Of a stretch of 64,000 nucleotides of DNA, positions 1-9,814 are shown piece by piece. The notes below the pieces were generated by a model. It saw only the letters and a list, made by a program, of their open reading frames with translations. It had not been told where the DNA came from and did not search any database. The DNA comes from Candidatus Anderseniibacteriota bacterium (GTDB lineage: Bacteria > Patescibacteriota > Andersenbacteria > UBA10190): assembly GCA_040876835.1 (NCBI GenBank), contig JBBDOX010000016.1, positions 98,875 to 162,874 of the forward strand, read 5' to 3'. Each line of letters starts with the position of its first letter. The stretch's first letter is position 1. A program made the translations under genes and the position numbers.

Positions 1-372
1 AATAGCTCGATTGTCATCGACGACAGCTATTCCGCCAGTGAAGATGCGGTGTGCAATGCAGTAAAACATCTTTCGCAATTCCCGCGGAGTGATAAGCGGG
101 TTATTATGGTTCCAGTGATTGAACTTGGCACAGAAGGATCAGCTGTACATACGCGCTTAAGCAAAGTGTTAGCTGCAAGCAAGGCGCGCGTATTTGTGTA
201 TGGGGACACATTCGCAGAGGAGTTGTCGTCAGCAATTCCCGCTGATCAAATTTCGTGGTTCGCTGATGCTAAAGCATTAGCCTCAGCGGCGACGGAAGGA
301 GTATCAAAAGATACTGTTGTTTTGCTGGAAGGCCGTATTCCCGCGGTTGTCCGTAAGTCCTTTTTTCTCTAA
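1..372 (+). CDS. murF: UDP-N-acetylmuramoyl-tripeptide--D-Ala-D-Ala ligase, C-terminal part (5' end lies outside window)
   Basis: Frame is open from base 1: NSSIVIDDSYSASEDAV...KRVIMVPVIELG...H matches the Mur ligase C-terminal IDDSYNA/GxMxELG motifs. Confidence 0.75.
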   Translation, partial: NSSIVIDDSYSASEDAVCNAVKHLSQFPRSDKRVIMVPVIELGTEGSAVHTRLSKVLAASKARVFVYGDTFAEELSSAIPADQISWFADAKALASAATEGVSKDTVVLLEGRIPAVVRKSFFL

Positions 373-377
373 GTCCT

Positions 378-1649
378 ATGCAGCGACCGGTCACTATTTC
401 TCTCTCCCCCAATACCGAACTGGACGATATCCGGCAGGCGCATCGGGTATTGTGGCACCCGGCATCCTGGAAAGATACATCAATCTTTTCAGAGATCACC
501 AGCGCTCTTTCTTCGCATCTAGGTGGAAGAATGATTGCCCTTACCAGTTCGGCTCGCCAGGCTTTGTATGACGGCTTGCGGGCTGCCGGAATCGGCAAGG
601 GTGATGAAGTTATAGTTCAGGCTTTCACCTGCATTGCTGTACCCGAGCCGATTCTCTGGCTTAGCGCTACACCTGTCTATGCCGATATCATTCCGGATAC
701 GTACAATATTGATCCAGCAAGTGTGCGGGAGCGGATAACTGAAAAAACAAAGGCAATTATCATACAGCATACATTCGGTATTCCCGGACCGATTGAGGAG
801 CTTCGGGCAATCGCACGAGAGCACAACCTGCTGCTGATCGAGGATTGTGCCCATGCTTTAGGGGGCACCTATCACAATCAAGCGTTGGGTACATTCGGAG
901 ACATGGCCATTTTGAGCTTTGGTCGTGACAAGACGCTATCATCAGTGTTTGGGGGAGCGGTTGTGAGCGCTAATCAAACCCTTATCCGACGCATCCAGCA
1001 ATACGCTCAGGAGCGTTCATATCCGCCTCATCGCTGGGTATTCCAACAGCTGATGCACCCTGTTCTGCTCCACCTTCTTCTACCTCTGTATTTCACCGGC
1101 GGTATAGGCAAGGCAGCCTTAGTGCTCGCTCAGAAGTTGGGGATATTAAGCAAGGCCGTAGCTGTCGAAGAGCGGCAGGGTCGCCGACCTGGACATTTTC
1201 GTTATCGCTTCTCTCCAGCTTTAGGTCATCTGCTTCATATGCAGATCCATAAACTCCAGCGATTTACCAAAGCACGTCAAGATCTTGTTCGTGTGTACTT
1301 GGATGAGTTACGCGATGTTGTAACGCTGCCCACTATCCCGGCAAACTGCGAGCCGGCCTGGCTGCGATTTCCTATTTTGTCTAAAGACCCCAGGAAACTC
1401 CGAGACGAGGCGTTGGGTCAGGAGATGATGCTGGGTGACTGGTACGATGCCCCGCTCGTGCCCAGCACATGCTCCCTTGAAGCATTTAAATATACAGCGG
1501 GTTCCTGCCCGAATGCTGAGGACGTCGCACGTCGGGTGGTGAATCTTCCGACGTATCCCCTCTTAACTGACAAGCAGGCGACTCAGGTGGTGGAATTGGT
1601 AAAACACACCGAAGGCAGTAGTCTTGAATCATGGAATTTCGAGAAGTAA
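378..1649 (+). CDS. DegT/DnrJ/EryC1/StrS family PLP-dependent aminotransferase
   Basis: GDEVIVQAFTC, LIEDCAHALG, SFGRDK (PLP lysine), C-terminal VNLPTYP. Confidence 0.9.
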   Translation: MQRPVTISLSPNTELDDIRQAHRVLWHPASWKDTSIFSEITSALSSHLGGRMIALTSSARQALYDGLRAAGIGKGDEVIVQAFTCIAVPEPILWLSATPVYADIIPDTYNIDPASVRERITEKTKAIIIQHTFGIPGPIEELRAIAREHNLLLIEDCAHALGGTYHNQALGTFGDMAILSFGRDKTLSSVFGGAVVSANQTLIRRIQQYAQERSYPPHRWVFQQLMHPVLLHLLLPLYFTGGIGKAALVLAQKLGILSKAVAVEERQGRRPGHFRYRFSPALGHLLHMQIHKLQRFTKARQDLVRVYLDELRDVVTLPTIPANCEPAWLRFPILSKDPRKLRDEALGQEMMLGDWYDAPLVPSTCSLEAFKYTAGSCPNAEDVARRVVNLPTYPLLTDKQATQVVELVKHTEGSSLESWNFEK

Positions 1650-2650
1650 CAGATAAGAGACAGTGGAATGATTTTGTATTGGCCAAAGCGCCCAATACGT
1701 TTTTACAGTCCTGGGAGTGGGGTCAGATACAACAGCGTGATGGTGAGAAGGTTCGATACTTGGGATGGTTTGATGAAGAGCAACAGGTTGGCGCATCGCT
1801 GCTCATAACCGTAAAGGCGAGACGGGGTACTCATTTATTCTGCCCGCATGGCCCGATTGGAAAAGATGAGGTGACAACCCGTAAAATTATCCGGGAACTC
1901 GTTCAGCAGGTCCCGGCCTTTGCTCGGGAAGATGGTGCTGTAGCCCTGCGCATTGCTCCTCTGCTGGAAACTACAGTGGATACGAAGCAGCTCTTTAAAG
2001 ATCTCGGCTTCCGTCCATCCCCACTGCATGTTCACGCGGAACTTACCTGGGTGAAGGATATTTCCGCAGATGAGGAGTCCTTGCTTACTGCTATGCGCAA
2101 GACAACCCGGCACGCTATCAAGAAAGCCCAGAAGGAAGGTGTAACGGTTGAAGTTGTCCGCAATATCACAGCCTTAGATCGCTTTTGGCCCTTGTATATC
2201 GCGACAAAAAACCGTCACGAGTTTGTCCCGTTTCCTAAAGAGTTTATTGCGGCGCAGTTTGAAGAATTCATGAAGGAAGATCGGGCCTTTGCTATCATTG
2301 CTCGATACAATAATGAAGACGTAGCAGCCGCTGTCATTTTCCAGTTTGGCTCTACTTCTTTCTACTACCACGGTGCTTCAACGAAACTACCAGCATCCGT
2401 ACCGGCAGCTCAGCTGCTGCAGTGGGAGGCAATACGGGAAGCCAAACACAGTGGTGCAACCCGGTATAATTTCTGGGGAATTGCGCCAGACGATCAGCCG
2501 AATCATCCCTTCGCCGGCATCACGACATTTAAAAAAGGATTCGGTGGTAAAGCTGTAGATTACCTACACGCCCAGGACCTGCCGCTGTCGCCCAGGTACT
2601 GGAAACTGTGGGCTATAGATACGTATCGGAGAATACGCCGCGGGTTCTAG
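1631..2650 (+). CDS. FemAB/FemX family aminoacyl-tRNA-dependent transferase
   Basis: FLQSWEWG, MRKTTRHAIKKA, YYHGAS, LLQWEAIREAK, YNFWGI, GITTFKKGFGG. Confidence 0.9.
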   Translation: MEFREVTDKRQWNDFVLAKAPNTFLQSWEWGQIQQRDGEKVRYLGWFDEEQQVGASLLITVKARRGTHLFCPHGPIGKDEVTTRKIIRELVQQVPAFAREDGAVALRIAPLLETTVDTKQLFKDLGFRPSPLHVHAELTWVKDISADEESLLTAMRKTTRHAIKKAQKEGVTVEVVRNITALDRFWPLYIATKNRHEFVPFPKEFIAAQFEEFMKEDRAFAIIARYNNEDVAAAVIFQFGSTSFYYHGASTKLPASVPAAQLLQWEAIREAKHSGATRYNFWGIAPDDQPNHPFAGITTFKKGFGGKAVDYLHAQDLPLSPRYWKLWAIDTYRRIRRGF

Positions 2651-3054
2651 TATTTGTTCGCTTCAAGAGCAGAAATTCGTTTCTCGTACCGCTCCTGTTT
2701 TTCCTTGATCATCAGAACTTCATCACTACGGGCGGCACCGACATCCACCATTCGGTTATCAATATATGAATCAATATGTTCAAACAATTCATCAAATCGT
2801 TTATCCATTCTGCTCTCTAGACCATTCAAGTCGCTCTTTGTAGCCATCCTGAGTGTCTCCATATCATCCTTTGTAGCCATCCTGAGTGTCTCCATATCAT
2901 CCTTTGTAGCCATCCTGTTTTCAAGTGCCTTTAAATCGTCCTTGGTGGCAACCTGCTGAAACGCGGAATTTACCGCGTGCATCGCTTCGTTAAACTCACC
3001 TCGAGTGACAGGCTCATTAGGATCACCTTCGGCGGGAAGAATTTCAGCAATCAT
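2647..3054 (-). CDS. Coiled-coil protein with ATKxD repeats (DUF1640/Bdr-like repeat style)
   Basis: 135 aa with four ATK[DS]D units; ATGA overlap with the upstream gene. Confidence 0.75.
   Translation of the reverse strand: MIAEILPAEGDPNEPVTRGEFNEAMHAVNSAFQQVATKDDLKALENRMATKDDMETLRMATKDDMETLRMATKSDLNGLESRMDKRFDELFEHIDSYIDNRMVDVGAARSDEVLMIKEKQERYEKRISALEANKY
2836..2917. repeat. Perfect 33-bp tandem repeat, about 2.5 copies (encodes MATKDDMETLR)
   Basis: CTTTGTAGCCATCCTGAGTGTCTCCATATCATC starts at 2836 and 2869, with a partial copy at 2902. Confidence 0.95.
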
Positions 3055-4511
3055 TCGCTCATTATGCCATCAGTTTCTGCGGTCAGCAACGCTTGTGAAG
3101 TAACTGCGGCGACAATCCAGAAAATCGCGTTTGTGGGAAAGATATCCCAGATATCAATGATAAGGGCTTGAACGAGAAAAGCGGTTAAGAATGCTCCGGC
3201 CCACAGACCAATCAGAGGCTTTTGTGTTCGAGCAATGCGCACGGCCGCACTTCCCACCCGCCAGTACAGCCAACCGTAGAGCACTAGCCCTACTACTCCC
3301 ATTTCTATAAACGTCTTCAGGTACTGGTTATCAACAAGAGTTTGGTCTTTCGTCAGTTGCACACTACGGGAGGCACCGGTGGCGATATCGTAGACTCCCA
3401 GATCAGTTTCACGGAAATTTTGCTCAAGCACGTCTCCTAACCCCCGTCCGAATACTGCTTCTGCATACGTCATGGGAGCAATCAAGCGCACGAGAAACTC
3501 GAGACGCTCCTCATTACTGCCGTAGGTAGGATCCACAATTGATCGCAGAAGCGGCCCAGCAGGAGTCGCTGTGACAAGCAGAATTCCCAGCAGCAATCCC
3601 CCGACTCCAAATCCGGTCGCCAGACTGGCAACTTTTTTTCTGGAGAGGCGTCCTGCTGCCAGATGCAGCAGGTAGAGTAGTCCCCCAACACCAAGAGCTG
3701 CTGCCAAGCCAAGCCAGACTCCTCGTGAATAGGTGGCGTATGTCACTATAAGAGACAGTATAACCGTTGCTAACACACCAGCTCGAATCTTCATTGAACG
3801 GACTGACACAGCAATTGCTACCAGCAATGTTTGGACAGTAATTAGGTATTCTCCGAAAATACTGGGGTGAGCCAGGATTCCGGAGATGCGCGGAATCCAG
3901 TTCTGGGTTAGCGGTTCAAACCGGAGCACCGCACTGTCCTGGGCAAAGAACCACTGCCAGGCGCCTAGAGATAATGTGACGATAAACGTGGCCAGTACCC
4001 ACCCCAGGCGCTGCTGCAAGGTTTTTTTATCATGCCGTAGGTACAGCACTCCGAAAAACAGGAGGATATACAACACGATATCTCGCAAGCGCAAAATACC
4101 CAGCACAAGAGAATCCGCCTGAAGGGCGGAAATAGTTGACCAGATCACTAAGGCTACGATCGGTGCCCACAAGATATTACGGCGATACTCCAATTTCTTC
4201 GCAAGCAGCGGAATGAAGAACATCCGCATAAATAACGTGATGATAATAACATCTTTAATGAGAGAGAAGGTGCCGATTGTCTGCGTAATTTTAAGCATTG
4301 GCAGAATGGGCATTAACACCAGAAAAAGGAGAAAGCCTTCCTCTGGATATTCCCATACCCACCAGGCAACAGCGGCAAACAGTAGAGTAAAGACGCCAAA
4401 TTGCAGACTAAAGAAAAAACTGATAAACGCTGCCACCAGGGTAATAATAAGCGCCCAGGCATAGCGCGGGTTAACTGTTAATCCTCTTGCATGTTCAAAG
4501 CGTCCAATCAT
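3051..4511 (-). CDS. O-antigen ligase/polymerase-like (Wzy_C/WaaL family) membrane protein
   Basis: About 12 TM segments; RISGILAHPSIFG, TYSRGVWLG, FGRGLG, DNQYLKTFIEMGVVG. Confidence 0.85.
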   Translation of the reverse strand: MIGRFEHARGLTVNPRYAWALIITLVAAFISFFFSLQFGVFTLLFAAVAWWVWEYPEEGFLLFLVLMPILPMLKITQTIGTFSLIKDVIIITLFMRMFFIPLLAKKLEYRRNILWAPIVALVIWSTISALQADSLVLGILRLRDIVLYILLFFGVLYLRHDKKTLQQRLGWVLATFIVTLSLGAWQWFFAQDSAVLRFEPLTQNWIPRISGILAHPSIFGEYLITVQTLLVAIAVSVRSMKIRAGVLATVILSLIVTYATYSRGVWLGLAAALGVGGLLYLLHLAAGRLSRKKVASLATGFGVGGLLLGILLVTATPAGPLLRSIVDPTYGSNEERLEFLVRLIAPMTYAEAVFGRGLGDVLEQNFRETDLGVYDIATGASRSVQLTKDQTLVDNQYLKTFIEMGVVGLVLYGWLYWRVGSAAVRIARTQKPLIGLWAGAFLTAFLVQALIIDIWDIFPTNAIFWIVAAVTSQALLTAETDGIMSE

Positions 4512-5401
4512 GATATAAGCACTTTTTTATTTTTCTTCTGCACCATTCGATGCTTTAATGATGCCGGAAGAGACAGAAGGACGGCAACCGGGAACAAAAG
4601 CGTGAGAACTGCACCAGCAATGATTCCCAGATGTTTGTTTGCATACCGGTAACCACTCACGAGAAAAGGTAGCGAGCGTCGCAGTCCCACTAGTTGATTA
4701 AAACTTACTCCCCCGTAGTGCAGTACAGCAGCGTTCGGTGTATACATAGTTTTCCATCCAGCCTGCTGGGCTCGTTTGCAGTAATCAACCTCTTCAAACC
4801 AGATCCAATACCTTTCATCTAGCGGGCCGACCGCATCCATAGTTTCGTCGCGAATAAGATAGGCTGCCCCCTTTACTTCGTCCACCACCGTTTCGGTACT
4901 GATCCCAGCCTGCCCCTTCATGCTGTTGGGAAACAGTGAATGCAACTTCAGGTACACCGTAATAAGTGTTCCTAGTGTAGGAAAAGAATGAACGGAAGCC
5001 TGAAACTTTCCCCCCGGCTCAAACAGTTTTGGCCCCACAATACCTACATCGCCGTGCCGATCCAATACGTTCAGCATTGTCAGGAGGGCTGCCGGTTGAA
5101 CTTCCGTATCGGGATTTAATAACAGGATATGCTGATCCATTCCATGAGCGTGCAAAGTCCAATCAATGCCTACGTTATTGGCTTTGGCAAACCCTGCATT
5201 TGTTTTTAACTGCTTCCACTCAACCGGTATACCGTAGGTATCCACCTTAGCCTGCTCAACCGAATCATCCGTTGATGCGTTGTCAACCACTACCACCTGA
5301 GTGATCAGATCTTTTTCCGGTAAGGCGCTCAAAGATTCCAGACAACGCTTAAGCAGCGATCCAGTATTCCAGTTAACGATGATTACAGATAAACCTTTCA
5401 T
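4508..5401 (-). CDS. GT2 glycosyltransferase (WbbL/rhamnosyltransferase-like)
   Basis: SVIIVNWNT, VVDNASTD, NAGFAKANN, LLLNPD, FEEVDYCKR; start placed at the ATGA overlap (5401). Confidence 0.88.
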   Translation of the reverse strand: MKGLSVIIVNWNTGSLLKRCLESLSALPEKDLITQVVVVDNASTDDSVEQAKVDTYGIPVEWKQLKTNAGFAKANNVGIDWTLHAHGMDQHILLLNPDTEVQPAALLTMLNVLDRHGDVGIVGPKLFEPGGKFQASVHSFPTLGTLITVYLKLHSLFPNSMKGQAGISTETVVDEVKGAAYLIRDETMDAVGPLDERYWIWFEEVDYCKRAQQAGWKTMYTPNAAVLHYGGVSFNQLVGLRRSLPFLVSGYRYANKHLGIIAGAVLTLLFPVAVLLSLPASLKHRMVQKKNKKVLIS

Positions 5402-6501
5402 GACAGACACCGATTAATAATATCAAACGTTTGTTGTGCTGTTTTCTCCCAGGTAAACTTCTGGGCTTGAGCAAGGCTCTTTGTAATGAGCTTGTCTCGC
5501 TCAAGGCGCGCCTGCTGAATACCACGAGCAATACTCGTAGGGTTATAGGGATCAACAAGTATAGCAGCCTCCCCGGCCACTTCTGGCATGGAGGAAACAT
5601 CACTCGTAACAACAGGTGCGCCACACGCCATCGCTTCTATAATCGGGATACCAAAGCCCTCATACAAGCTGACCAACGTAAATACTTCAGCATAAGTATA
5701 TAAAGCCGGGAGAAGTTCGTCGGATACGCGACCCAGCAATAAAATGTCCCTGACATAGGGTGAGGACTTGATACGATCTTCAATCGGTTTTCGTAGCCAA
5801 CCGTGACTGCCGCCGATAACCAGCTGTATTTCCGAGTCCTCCTTTTTAAGTTCTTCGAATGCTTCAATTAAACGAACCAGATTTTTTCGAGGCTGAATTT
5901 GTCCAAGATACAAGATATATGGCTTGCGTAATGCCGGATAGGCAGTTGCAAGTTGTTTCCAAGCAGATTCCTTCTCCTGCACATCAAACTTTTCATGATC
6001 CACACCGTGATGGACGACGTGCACATTCTTAGTACGGCCATATATCTTTTTAATATCATCAGCTGTTGTTTGAGACACCGCAATTAGGTGATCAGCCTCA
6101 ATAATTGCCTGTGCACCGAAAATGGTTAGCAACAGCCAGTTCTTGTAAGTAAACTGCTCGGGGAAGTAATGATAGGCCAGATCATGAATGACTGCGAGGG
6201 TTTTCATTTTGCGGGGACGAACAAGGGGCAGCTGCTGAATTGGCATAAACAAAAGATCCGGCTTTTCTTTATACAACTCCATCGGCATTCGGGACTGAGT
6301 CCAGTATTTCGGCCACGGAGACGGCGCCCACGCTGCATTATCTCTCAGCCTTGGGTGTGCCGGAACCTGACATTGCAGCATCATCTTCCAGGTATGTTCA
6401 GGTGCTACTTTTGGAAGACGGGCGACGAGCTCGTATGTGTACCGAGTCGTTCCGTCAGCCTGGCCGGCACACAGATCGGATGCATCAAAGGCGATTTTCA
6501 T
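5398..6501 (-). CDS. GT4 glycosyltransferase (mannosyltransferase-like)
   Basis: IHDL, PRKNLVRLIEAF, SLYEGFGIPIIEAMACG. Confidence 0.92.
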   Translation of the reverse strand: MKIAFDASDLCAGQADGTTRYTYELVARLPKVAPEHTWKMMLQCQVPAHPRLRDNAAWAPSPWPKYWTQSRMPMELYKEKPDLLFMPIQQLPLVRPRKMKTLAVIHDLAYHYFPEQFTYKNWLLLTIFGAQAIIEADHLIAVSQTTADDIKKIYGRTKNVHVVHHGVDHEKFDVQEKESAWKQLATAYPALRKPYILYLGQIQPRKNLVRLIEAFEELKKEDSEIQLVIGGSHGWLRKPIEDRIKSSPYVRDILLLGRVSDELLPALYTYAEVFTLVSLYEGFGIPIIEAMACGAPVVTSDVSSMPEVAGEAAILVDPYNPTSIARGIQQARLERDKLITKSLAQAQKFTWEKTAQQTFDIINRCLS

Positions 6502-9149
6502 GACCGTAGCGTATCACGAATTAATGCAAGTAATTGCCCCACACGGGCATCCCATCCATGCTGTCGAGCTAGTTCTTTCCGTTTAATTTCCCCCAGCGTC
6601 TCATGTCGCATCCACTCTTCGATTAATCGCTCGAATTCCCTCGACGAATGAGCATAGCCGATCAAATCCTCATACTGCTTCAATTCAGGCAATCCGGAAA
6701 CCACCAGCGGTTTGCCCGTAGCCATAAACTCCCAGAACTTTAGGGGGAAGCTGGCCTTGTTGTACGCGCTCGCCCGGTATGGAATGACGCAAACATCAAA
6801 GTAGTGGACATACGCAGGTACGTCTTCTCGCACGATTGTTCCCATTATGTGCACATTCGGTAGCTTTACCAACTCCGTTAAGGCTGGAGTTCTTTCATCA
6901 ACAACTGGCGACCCGACAAAAACAAATTGCCAGTCTGGATGCGCGCGAGCTACTGACTTAAGAAGCTCGAAATCAAATTTGTAAGCATCTAGCGCACCAA
7001 CCGATCCTATGATCGGATGCGGGATATCCTGAAGCGCTTCGAGCGCCCCCTGCTGCGCTGTTGCGGATACGGGTTTACTAAACAGTTCAACATCCCCAGC
7101 ATTCAAAACCAGACGCACGTTCTTGTGCTGACCTTTCTTCATGTCATATAGCGCTTTAGAAGTAACAGTGACGAGATCAGAGTGCTGAAATATCCGGTGT
7201 TCTTCAGCATGAACGCGTTTCGGATTGCGACTTACCCCCGCCTGCATCGCGTGATTATCAACACAGTCATATATCACCGTTGAGTTCGAAAAGGCATTCA
7301 GGTACTCAGCCGCCTCCGTGTCATAAATCCACATCACCTGTGTTCCCTCTCGAAAACCCAGCCACCAAGCCTTGCTCAACACACACCAGCGATTGAGGTA
7401 GTGATTCAGCAGTGCCACCCAGCGGTATTCACGGGAACCGGGAATGAGATTCCACTGAGAAATAACGTAGAGGTTTTGCTCATGTTGCTGATACCAGAGT
7501 ACTTGTTTTGCGAATTGAAGAAGTTCAGCAGGCTTCGCTAGGCGTTTCAAGAGATACCGCAGTATCCACACGCGTGGTTCGACGTACAATACGCGGTGCT
7601 GCTTCGCGACGCGATGCATCACGTGCTGACGATTCGTCCAGGTAGGTTGCAAATATTCCGCGCCGGCAAAACAGACAACATTCCATTGGTCGCTGGTAGT
7701 TTCTGCTCCCTTTTGTCGCTTAAGGAGACGAGCGACCTTGGTTGGAATCAGCTGGCTGCGATGGGCTTCGTACCCGGTATATACGCCGATGAGGATAAAT
7801 CCGATGATCCGATACACCAGACTAGGCTCCTGAAACAGCCACCAAACACTAGCAAATAACAGTGTAAGGAGTACTGCCAGCGGTTTCGTTAGGAGGGCAA
7901 TTCCATGTAGCCGCTTCGCGACCACGTTCATCCACACATAAGAGATAGCGGCGCCAGCCAACATGGCTGCACTGGCAAGTAGCGGATCAGGCTTAACAAA
8001 CAGGATCCATACTGTGAGAACCGCAGTTGTTGCCAGCATGACACCATAGATTGACATTCGGCGCTTCGGATCATTAGCCGGTACAAAAATGCTGCTGGTA
8101 CCGATATCCAGGAGGGCGTACAGAAAGAACGCGAGCGTCATCAGCCAGATAATGGGCTCGGCCGGGAGGTACTGCGGTCCGATGATGTACCGCAGTATTT
8201 CGGGCGTGAAGAATAACAGAACGAGTGTCATGAGCATCATCAGCACTAACACCCGATGCATATTCTTGGTTACATTCTTTGAAAATTCTTTCCGTTCGCT
8301 CTCATACAACGAGCTCATCCAGGCGAGGTTTACTTCGGAGAGTGCCATAGCAATAATGGTTAGCTTGGATCCAAAAGTAGACGAAACGTTCAGATATCCC
8401 AATTCTTCTACCGTTACAATCCCGCCTAGCGCTAAGATTGGCAGTCGCTGCCAGACCACAAAAAAGATGCGAGCCACATACATAAAGGCGCCGATGCGCA
8501 TTACGTTCCGCCCATATTTCTTTATATCTGCCTTATTCGGTAGCGACAGATTTCCTGCCAGATATTTGCGTAACAGCCACCAGAACATCACGACCATGAC
8601 GGTAGTGGTGAGAATAACTGCCCAGAAAAATCCACTGACACTAAAGCGCCAGGTTAGATACCCAAAGGCTGCGACATTCAATGTCGCGGTAATAATTTGC
8701 ACCCAGTACAGGGCGGCAAACTTTTTCATGCCGGTTAAGGTGGCGCCGAATACGTCTTGGAACCCTTGCAGTACGAGCGAAGCAGCAAATAGATAGATGT
8801 ATGGAATAATCTCCGGTTTGTTATATACCTTCACGGCAATAACGCCGGCTAGAGCCATCAGGCCAAGTGAGAGCGGAAGAGTAACTGCTTGCCTGACAAT
8901 ATTCGATACCCAAAACACCTTCCCTATCTCATCTTTTTTCTTTCTGATAGCGATCTCGCGAATAGCGCCATCGACGATGCCGAGGTGTTGTGAGACGCCA
9001 ATAACGCTGCCAATGGACATAACAAGGCCCACTAAACCGAATTCGGCGGGTGATAGGACGCGGACGATGATAATGCTTTGAATGACGCCTAAGACGGTAG
9101 TAACCGCCTTAGTCGTTAATGAGAAGAATTGGGTTCGCGCTAAATCCAT
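6498..9149 (-). CDS. Fusion of Wzx-type polysaccharide flippase (N-terminal) and GT4/TuaH-like glycosyltransferase (C-terminal)
   Basis: N-terminal ~470 aa multi-TM with RVLSPAEFG; C-terminal WTNRQHVM, YDCVD, PLKFWEFMATGKP; start placed 7 nt after TACAAT. Confidence 0.85.
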   Translation of the reverse strand: MDLARTQFFSLTTKAVTTVLGVIQSIIIVRVLSPAEFGLVGLVMSIGSVIGVSQHLGIVDGAIREIAIRKKKDEIGKVFWVSNIVRQAVTLPLSLGLMALAGVIAVKVYNKPEIIPYIYLFAASLVLQGFQDVFGATLTGMKKFAALYWVQIITATLNVAAFGYLTWRFSVSGFFWAVILTTTVMVVMFWWLLRKYLAGNLSLPNKADIKKYGRNVMRIGAFMYVARIFFVVWQRLPILALGGIVTVEELGYLNVSSTFGSKLTIIAMALSEVNLAWMSSLYESERKEFSKNVTKNMHRVLVLMMLMTLVLLFFTPEILRYIIGPQYLPAEPIIWLMTLAFFLYALLDIGTSSIFVPANDPKRRMSIYGVMLATTAVLTVWILFVKPDPLLASAAMLAGAAISYVWMNVVAKRLHGIALLTKPLAVLLTLLFASVWWLFQEPSLVYRIIGFILIGVYTGYEAHRSQLIPTKVARLLKRQKGAETTSDQWNVVCFAGAEYLQPTWTNRQHVMHRVAKQHRVLYVEPRVWILRYLLKRLAKPAELLQFAKQVLWYQQHEQNLYVISQWNLIPGSREYRWVALLNHYLNRWCVLSKAWWLGFREGTQVMWIYDTEAAEYLNAFSNSTVIYDCVDNHAMQAGVSRNPKRVHAEEHRIFQHSDLVTVTSKALYDMKKGQHKNVRLVLNAGDVELFSKPVSATAQQGALEALQDIPHPIIGSVGALDAYKFDFELLKSVARAHPDWQFVFVGSPVVDERTPALTELVKLPNVHIMGTIVREDVPAYVHYFDVCVIPYRASAYNKASFPLKFWEFMATGKPLVVSGLPELKQYEDLIGYAHSSREFERLIEEWMRHETLGEIKRKELARQHGWDARVGQLLALIRDTLRS

Positions 9150-9219
9150 AAGGCGTATTGTAACCCGTAACAACTAGCGCGTCTTAGGGAGTTTTGCAAG
9201 TAGAAGAAATTTATTAAAC

Positions 9220-9248
9220 AAAAAAATAGCAGCGTTTTCTACACTGCT
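9220..9248 (-). terminator. Intrinsic terminator downstream of orphan 9278-9739
   Basis: Minus strand AGCAGTGT-AGAAA-ACGCTGCT followed by ATTTTTTT. Confidence 0.7.
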
Positions 9249-9277
9249 GATTCCTTCAATCAAAGTGCTTAGCCGCC

Positions 9278-9739
9278 CTACTCCTGCGCTGGCCAGGGAG
9301 GAGCCATCTGGGCAAGGTGATTCAGTTTGCTTCGTACCGTGGAAATGATGCGCTCAATCTGAATACGGACGCGGTTCCGTTTGTCCTGACTGACCGGCTC
9401 ATCATAGTACCGCTGCACTGACCCTGATTCGAACAGAGACGAGACAAGATCATCCGTTGATGCGAGCCCGTGCGTATCCGGCCCCGGGGTGAACCGCCAC
9501 AGTCCGTCTGCCCTAAACGAGTAGTTTTCGAAGACGTCAAGAATGTAGTTGTGGCTTCCTTGTTTGCGCATCGTCTCGAGGAGCGCTTTGATGGCCTGCG
9601 CCTCTTCCCCTTCAAGTAAATCGCGGAGCTCCGAGATGGCGCGATCGAACGCTTCCTGGAAAAGAGTGGTCGAAGACCATCTTTTTGCAGCGTCTTGCCA
9701 TCGATTCACCCATTCCTTGCTATCAACTTGATCAGACAC
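9278..9739 (-). CDS. Orphan hypothetical soluble protein (153 aa)
   Basis: GTG start preceded by SD GGGGAG; has its own candidate promoter and terminator; no family recognised. Confidence 0.75.
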   Translation of the reverse strand: MSDQVDSKEWVNRWQDAAKRWSSTTLFQEAFDRAISELRDLLEGEEAQAIKALLETMRKQGSHNYILDVFENYSFRADGLWRFTPGPDTHGLASTDDLVSSLFESGSVQRYYDEPVSQDKRNRVRIQIERIISTVRSKLNHLAQMAPPWPAQE

Positions 9740-9814
9740 TTGCTGTCTCCCCTATGTTAAGGAACATTCGTCTGTGTCCTCGCAGTCACGCTAGAGCGAC
9801 AAACAAGACAGTCT

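Noticed and set aside
2836-2917. Possible CRISPR array
   Set aside because: The units are contiguous and in-frame coding with no spacers, and no cas genes are present
8089-8796. 235-aa plus-strand ORF, and similar ORFs at 11863-12411, 23647-24306, 26168-26623 and 31929-32465
   Set aside because: These are antisense shadows of well-supported genes and have no motifs or initiation signals
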